From Balanoglossus misakiensis (taxonomy: Eukaryota; Animalia; Hemichordata), in NCBI GenBank assembly GCA_040954595.2, contig CM082585.2:2696902-2760901 (forward strand): a DNA stretch of 64,000 nucleotides. Direction: 5' to 3'. The translations under genes and the position numbers were made by a program. The notes under the pieces were generated by a model. The model was not told the origin of the DNA. It did not search any database and saw only the letters and a list, made by a program, of their open reading frames with translations. This document shows, one piece after another, positions 60,083 through 64,000 of the stretch. The stretch's first letter is position 1; every line of letters begins with the position of its first letter.

Positions 60083-61564
60083 ATGAGTGACGAGGAATCT
60101 CAAACTGTGAGTACAGACTCTTTTCAATCAATAGAGGAAATGACCGCTCGATTGGAAGAAGAGTACATGGAGGTGAGTGGACTACTCTTTCAGATGTCCC
60201 TTGGAAACCTGCGTGATATGATCATTGTCTTGAAAATGGATACTGATGTGACTGGGAAATCTAGATACGCCCTTGTCAGAGAAATGATTCATCATCTAGG
60301 GGGAGATTGGTCTAAAGAGATGGATGATGAAGTAAAACTACCAAAATTGCGTGAAGTCAAAACCAAAGCATTAGACATTGTGAACTCCTCTACTGGAACC
60401 GATCCCAAGGGGAATGGGTCGCCTAGCAACAGTGAGGGGAGTCAACTTGCCGAAGACAGGAATGTGAAGAATGCTGTGACTGACTCGGGAGGCTCTAAGG
60501 GGGAATTACAACCACAGTCTACCAGTCAAACTAACACACTAAAGGCTGAATCCACTCAAGAGAACACTAAACGGCTACATAATGAGATCACCAGTTATTT
60601 TAAAGAATTCAAAATTGCTGGACAGATTGGCAGACCCGACCAGAAAGATAAGTTAAGTTTTAACAGCCTTGCTCACCAGATTGAAAGTGGTATAAACCGG
60701 GGGTATCCTGAACAGGAAGTTACTGAAGCTGTCATTCGGGCCATCAACCCACAGCTCAGAATTAGAAGTTATCTGGAAGGGATTAAAAACTTATCCTTGA
60801 AAGATTTAACCAGCATTCTGAGGGTGCATTACAAAGAAAAGGAAGCAAGTGAACTTTATCATGAGTTGAGCTGCGCCACCCAAGATCAAAATGAAACACC
60901 CCATGACTTCCTTTTCCGGGTACTGGATCTCCGTCAACAAGCACTGCTAGCTTCAAGTTCTGCAGATACAATAAAGTATAGTCCTACTGTAATTCAGGAC
61001 ACTTTCCGCAGAGCTGTTTTGACTGGGCTGGTGAATGACTCCATAAGGGCAGATATACAACCCCACTTGATGAAAACTGACACTAGTGATAATATGCTGT
61101 TAGAGAAATTGGGCATTGCTGTGAAAAATGAAGAGGAGAGGCAGGCTAAACGCATGTTAAGCAGCAATGGTCGCATAGCAACAGTAAATGCCGTGGGTGT
61201 GGTTGGAACCAATAAAACAAGTGAGACCAAACCAGGGAAAGCCAATCCGAAAACACAGTCTGACTTCAATCAAGAAATAAAGGGTATGATGGCAGGAATG
61301 GAGGAGATGAAAACAGCAATTGTGGCAGCGATTCAAGAAGCAGTGTCAACTCCAAAGGTCAACGACCCTGCTGTCAACTCAAATAGAGGTAACCAAGGAA
61401 AGAGAACCAATTATGGCTGTACTAGCTGTCGCCGAGACGGAAAACCAGACTGTAAGCATTGTTTTAGGTGTGGGAGTACCGAACACTTCAAGAGAGGTTG
61501 TAAACAAACCAGTCAGAAGCAGTCGGGAAACGGGAAAAGGCTGGCCCCAGGGGACAGGGAATAA
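60083..61564 (+). CDS. gag: Gag
   Basis: [18 protein letters not shown] capsid-type region, Q...ETP..FL.R, terminal [21 protein letters not shown] knuckle. Confidence 0.88.
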   Translation: MSDEESQTVSTDSFQSIEEMTARLEEEYMEVSGLLFQMSLGNLRDMIIVLKMDTDVTGKSRYALVREMIHHLGGDWSKEMDDEVKLPKLREVKTKALDIVNSSTGTDPKGNGSPSNSEGSQLAEDRNVKNAVTDSGGSKGELQPQSTSQTNTLKAESTQENTKRLHNEITSYFKEFKIAGQIGRPDQKDKLSFNSLAHQIESGINRGYPEQEVTEAVIRAINPQLRIRSYLEGIKNLSLKDLTSILRVHYKEKEASELYHELSCATQDQNETPHDFLFRVLDLRQQALLASSSADTIKYSPTVIQDTFRRAVLTGLVNDSIRADIQPHLMKTDTSDNMLLEKLGIAVKNEEERQAKRMLSSNGRIATVNAVGVVGTNKTSETKPGKANPKTQSDFNQEIKGMMAGMEEMKTAIVAAIQEAVSTPKVNDPAVNSNRGNQGKRTNYGCTSCRRDGKPDCKHCFRCGSTEHFKRGCKQTSQKQSGNGKRLAPGDRE

Positions 61565-61570
61565 CCAGCC
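61525..61570 (+). promoter_or_regulatory. Putative -1 ribosomal frameshift signal
   Basis: G GGA AAC slippery heptamer in the gag frame (61525-61531), followed by a ggctgg...ccagcc stem. Confidence 0.75.
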
Positions 61571-64000
61571 AAGATACCATAGAGTCCCACCATTGTAACC
61601 ATTGCCAGAAAGATGATGTTACCAATTTTCAACAATGTTCTGCATGTCACGCTGGTACATACTGTTCGAAGGATTGTCAGAAAGCCCACTGGGAAAAGCA
61701 CCGGGTATACTGTAATATGATACAACAGGTGGAGGCCCAGGAGGAAAGGAAAAACAGTCAGCGGAGCAGTGTGAAGATGTCATTCCCATGTCATCTGACG
61801 CCAGCTAGACAAGAGAAGCTGATGAAATTGGTTGGAAAGAAATGTTTGGTTTGGTGTAACATCGAAGGGGAGAAGTACCAGGCATTGTGGGATACCGGGT
61901 CACAAGTCTCTGTTATCACACATGGATGGAAGCTGAAAAATCTCTCAGATGTACCACTCAGACCAATTGAAGAACTTTTGGGAATGAGTACAAAGTTGAA
62001 CTTAACAGCAATGAATGGAACTGATATTCCATATAGCGGATGGGTAGAAGTTGACTTCCAGCTGATCAGCAATGGTGAAAATCAAAGACAGTTGAAAGTA
62101 CTAGTGTTGGTAAGCCGGGGACAACCAACAGAGACTGACTACCCAATTATTGGTTATAATGTAATTGAAGAAGTTTGTAGAGATTACAGCACTGGGGTAC
62201 CTGGACAAATTCCAAATACTGCACTCATTAATGTCATTACGGCAGCACTGCCTACTATTCCAGAGAAGGATGTAAAAGCAGTCGTGAATTTAATTCAGAA
62301 CAACAGTGAAGATGATCATCATTATCTGGTGAAGGTTGGACGAAGTGGTGTTAGAATTCCGGCTGGAGGGACGGTTGAGGTGAAGTGTTCAGTGCATACG
62401 GGACCAATCACAGAAGAAAGACCAGTAGTATTTGAACCGAATGTGGAACATACCTGGCCTGATGGATTGGAGGTGTTAGAACAACTCACCAAGCTTTCCA
62501 GAGGATCATCACATCGTGTGACCATTCCTGTACACAACACAACAAAACATGACCTTGTCCTCAGAAATAGGACAGTGTTAGGGACAATTCAAATGGTCCG
62601 GTCATTCACCCCACTGGAAGTCCGTGAAGTGGAGAAACAAGCTGAGGTGAACAGTCTTCATTCAGAAATGACTTCAAAGCCCCGGGGGGATGAAAATAAA
62701 ATGCCAGCACCTGAAGAAACGTGGGAACCACCTGTTGATCTGAGCAGCTTGACTGAGTCACAGCAAAAGGTAGTTCGACAAATGCTGAGAGATGAAGCCG
62801 GAGCTTTTGCCAAGACTGATACCGATATTGGGTGCATTGACGACTTGAAGTTGCGGATTGATCTAACAGATCAGGAGCCAGTGCAGAGAAGTTACAGATC
62901 AATACCCAGCCCACTTTACCAAGAAGTAAAGGAATATCTGGAGGATTTGATTGACCAAGGCTGGATAACCAAGTCAAAGTCATCATATTCATCGCCAGTG
63001 GTATGTGTCAGAAAGAAAGATGGAAGTCTAAGACTTTGTATAGACTACAGGGAACTTAATAAGAAGACCAAGCCAGACCGACAACCCATACCACGTATCC
63101 AAGATATTCTTGATGGGCTGGGAGGAAATACTTGGTTTTCTGTACTGGATCAAGGCAAAGCATACCACCAAGGGTTTATGTCGGAAGAAAGTAAACCACT
63201 GACTGCATTTGTCACACCATGGGGACTGTATGAATGGGTGAGGATCCCGTTTGGCCTGACTAATGCCCCACCTGCATTCCAACGACACATGGAAGAATGC
63301 CTAGATGGACTGAGTTATGTAATTTGCATACCATACCTGGATGACATCCTTATATACAGCAAGACATTTGAAGAGCATGTTGAAAACATCAGGAAAGTAC
63401 TAAAACGACTGCAGCAGCACGGCATCAAGCTAAAACCCAAGAAATGTGACCTATTCAAGAGAAAAGTGCGCTATTTGGGAAAAATAGTCTCAGCAGATGG
63501 GTACAGGGTGGATCCAGCTGACACAGCTGCAGTAGTTGCCTTGAAAGAGAGGAAGCCAACCAACGTCGGTGAACTCCGGAAGTTGTTAGGTTTCCTTGGT
63601 TACTACCGACAATACATCAAAGATTTCTCAAGAATTGCAAGACCACTGTATGACTTAATGACATCATCCACGGCCAGTATTGAAAATACAGCAAAGAAGA
63701 AATCGAAATCAGTAAAGAAGCAGAAGACTATGACAGGACAAGTACATTCACGTCAACCAATTACATGGACAGATGACCACCAGGAGATTGTCGACCAATT
63801 GATTGAACATCTCATAAAGGCACCAGTAATGGCTTATCCAGACTACAGTCAACCACTTATACTCCATACAGATGCCTCACATGACGGCTTGGGAGCAGTC
63901 CTTTATCAATATCAAGATGATAAACTGAGGGTTATTGGTTATGGATCAAGAACTCTGACACCGGCTGAGAAGAACTACCACCTTCATTCTGGCAAATTGG
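61525..64000 (+). CDS. pol: Pol: MYND finger - protease - RT - RNase H (partial; missing from the ORF track, consistent with no stop inside the window)
   Basis: CNHC..CSAC....[18 protein letters not shown] (61594-61713), [31 protein letters not shown] (~63334), [10 protein letters not shown]. Confidence 0.92.

Larger units (their letters stand above)
59333..64000 (+). mobile_element. Ty3/Gypsy LTR retrotransposon, apparently intact, runs off the window
   Basis: LTR TG..CA ~59333-59949 (start +/-2 bp) with AATAAA. tRNA-Pro PBS 59954-59970. gag followed by pol in the -1 frame. Confidence 0.92.

Overview
Eukaryotic, AT-rich, intron-containing DNA that looks like an invertebrate animal genome (inference from the element mix), not prokaryotic. 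The left part (1-~26 kb) is a tandem segmental duplication (1-7945 matches 15559-20869). It carries a minus-strand gene built from single-ankyrin-repeat, phase-0 exons (99/102 bp) and a plus-strand S/T-rich + transmembrane gene remnant. This part is hit by an intact-ORF2 RTEX-like LINE, two inverted copies of a ~4.4 kb long-TIR DNA element carrying C2H2 zinc-finger sequence, a DINE/HINE-type element and several MITEs. The right part (~27-64 kb) is almost all transposon: L2 and DIRS/Ngaro fragments, an L1/Tx1 LINE split by a young Mag-like Gypsy, a 5.4 kb satellite, and a decayed OTU-Rep-PIF1-endonuclease Helentron with a 63-bp coding repeat. The Helentron is interrupted by a Gmr1-type Gypsy, which is itself interrupted by a TIR element and by a second Gypsy whose pol starts with a MYND zinc finger. 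Best leads: the MYND-finger Gypsy, the interchangeable ankyrin-exon array, the zinc-finger-carrying foldback element, and the in-frame ORF1-TAG-ORF2 LINE junction. Family assignments come from motif recognition by eye, not database searches, and coordinates were counted by hand.
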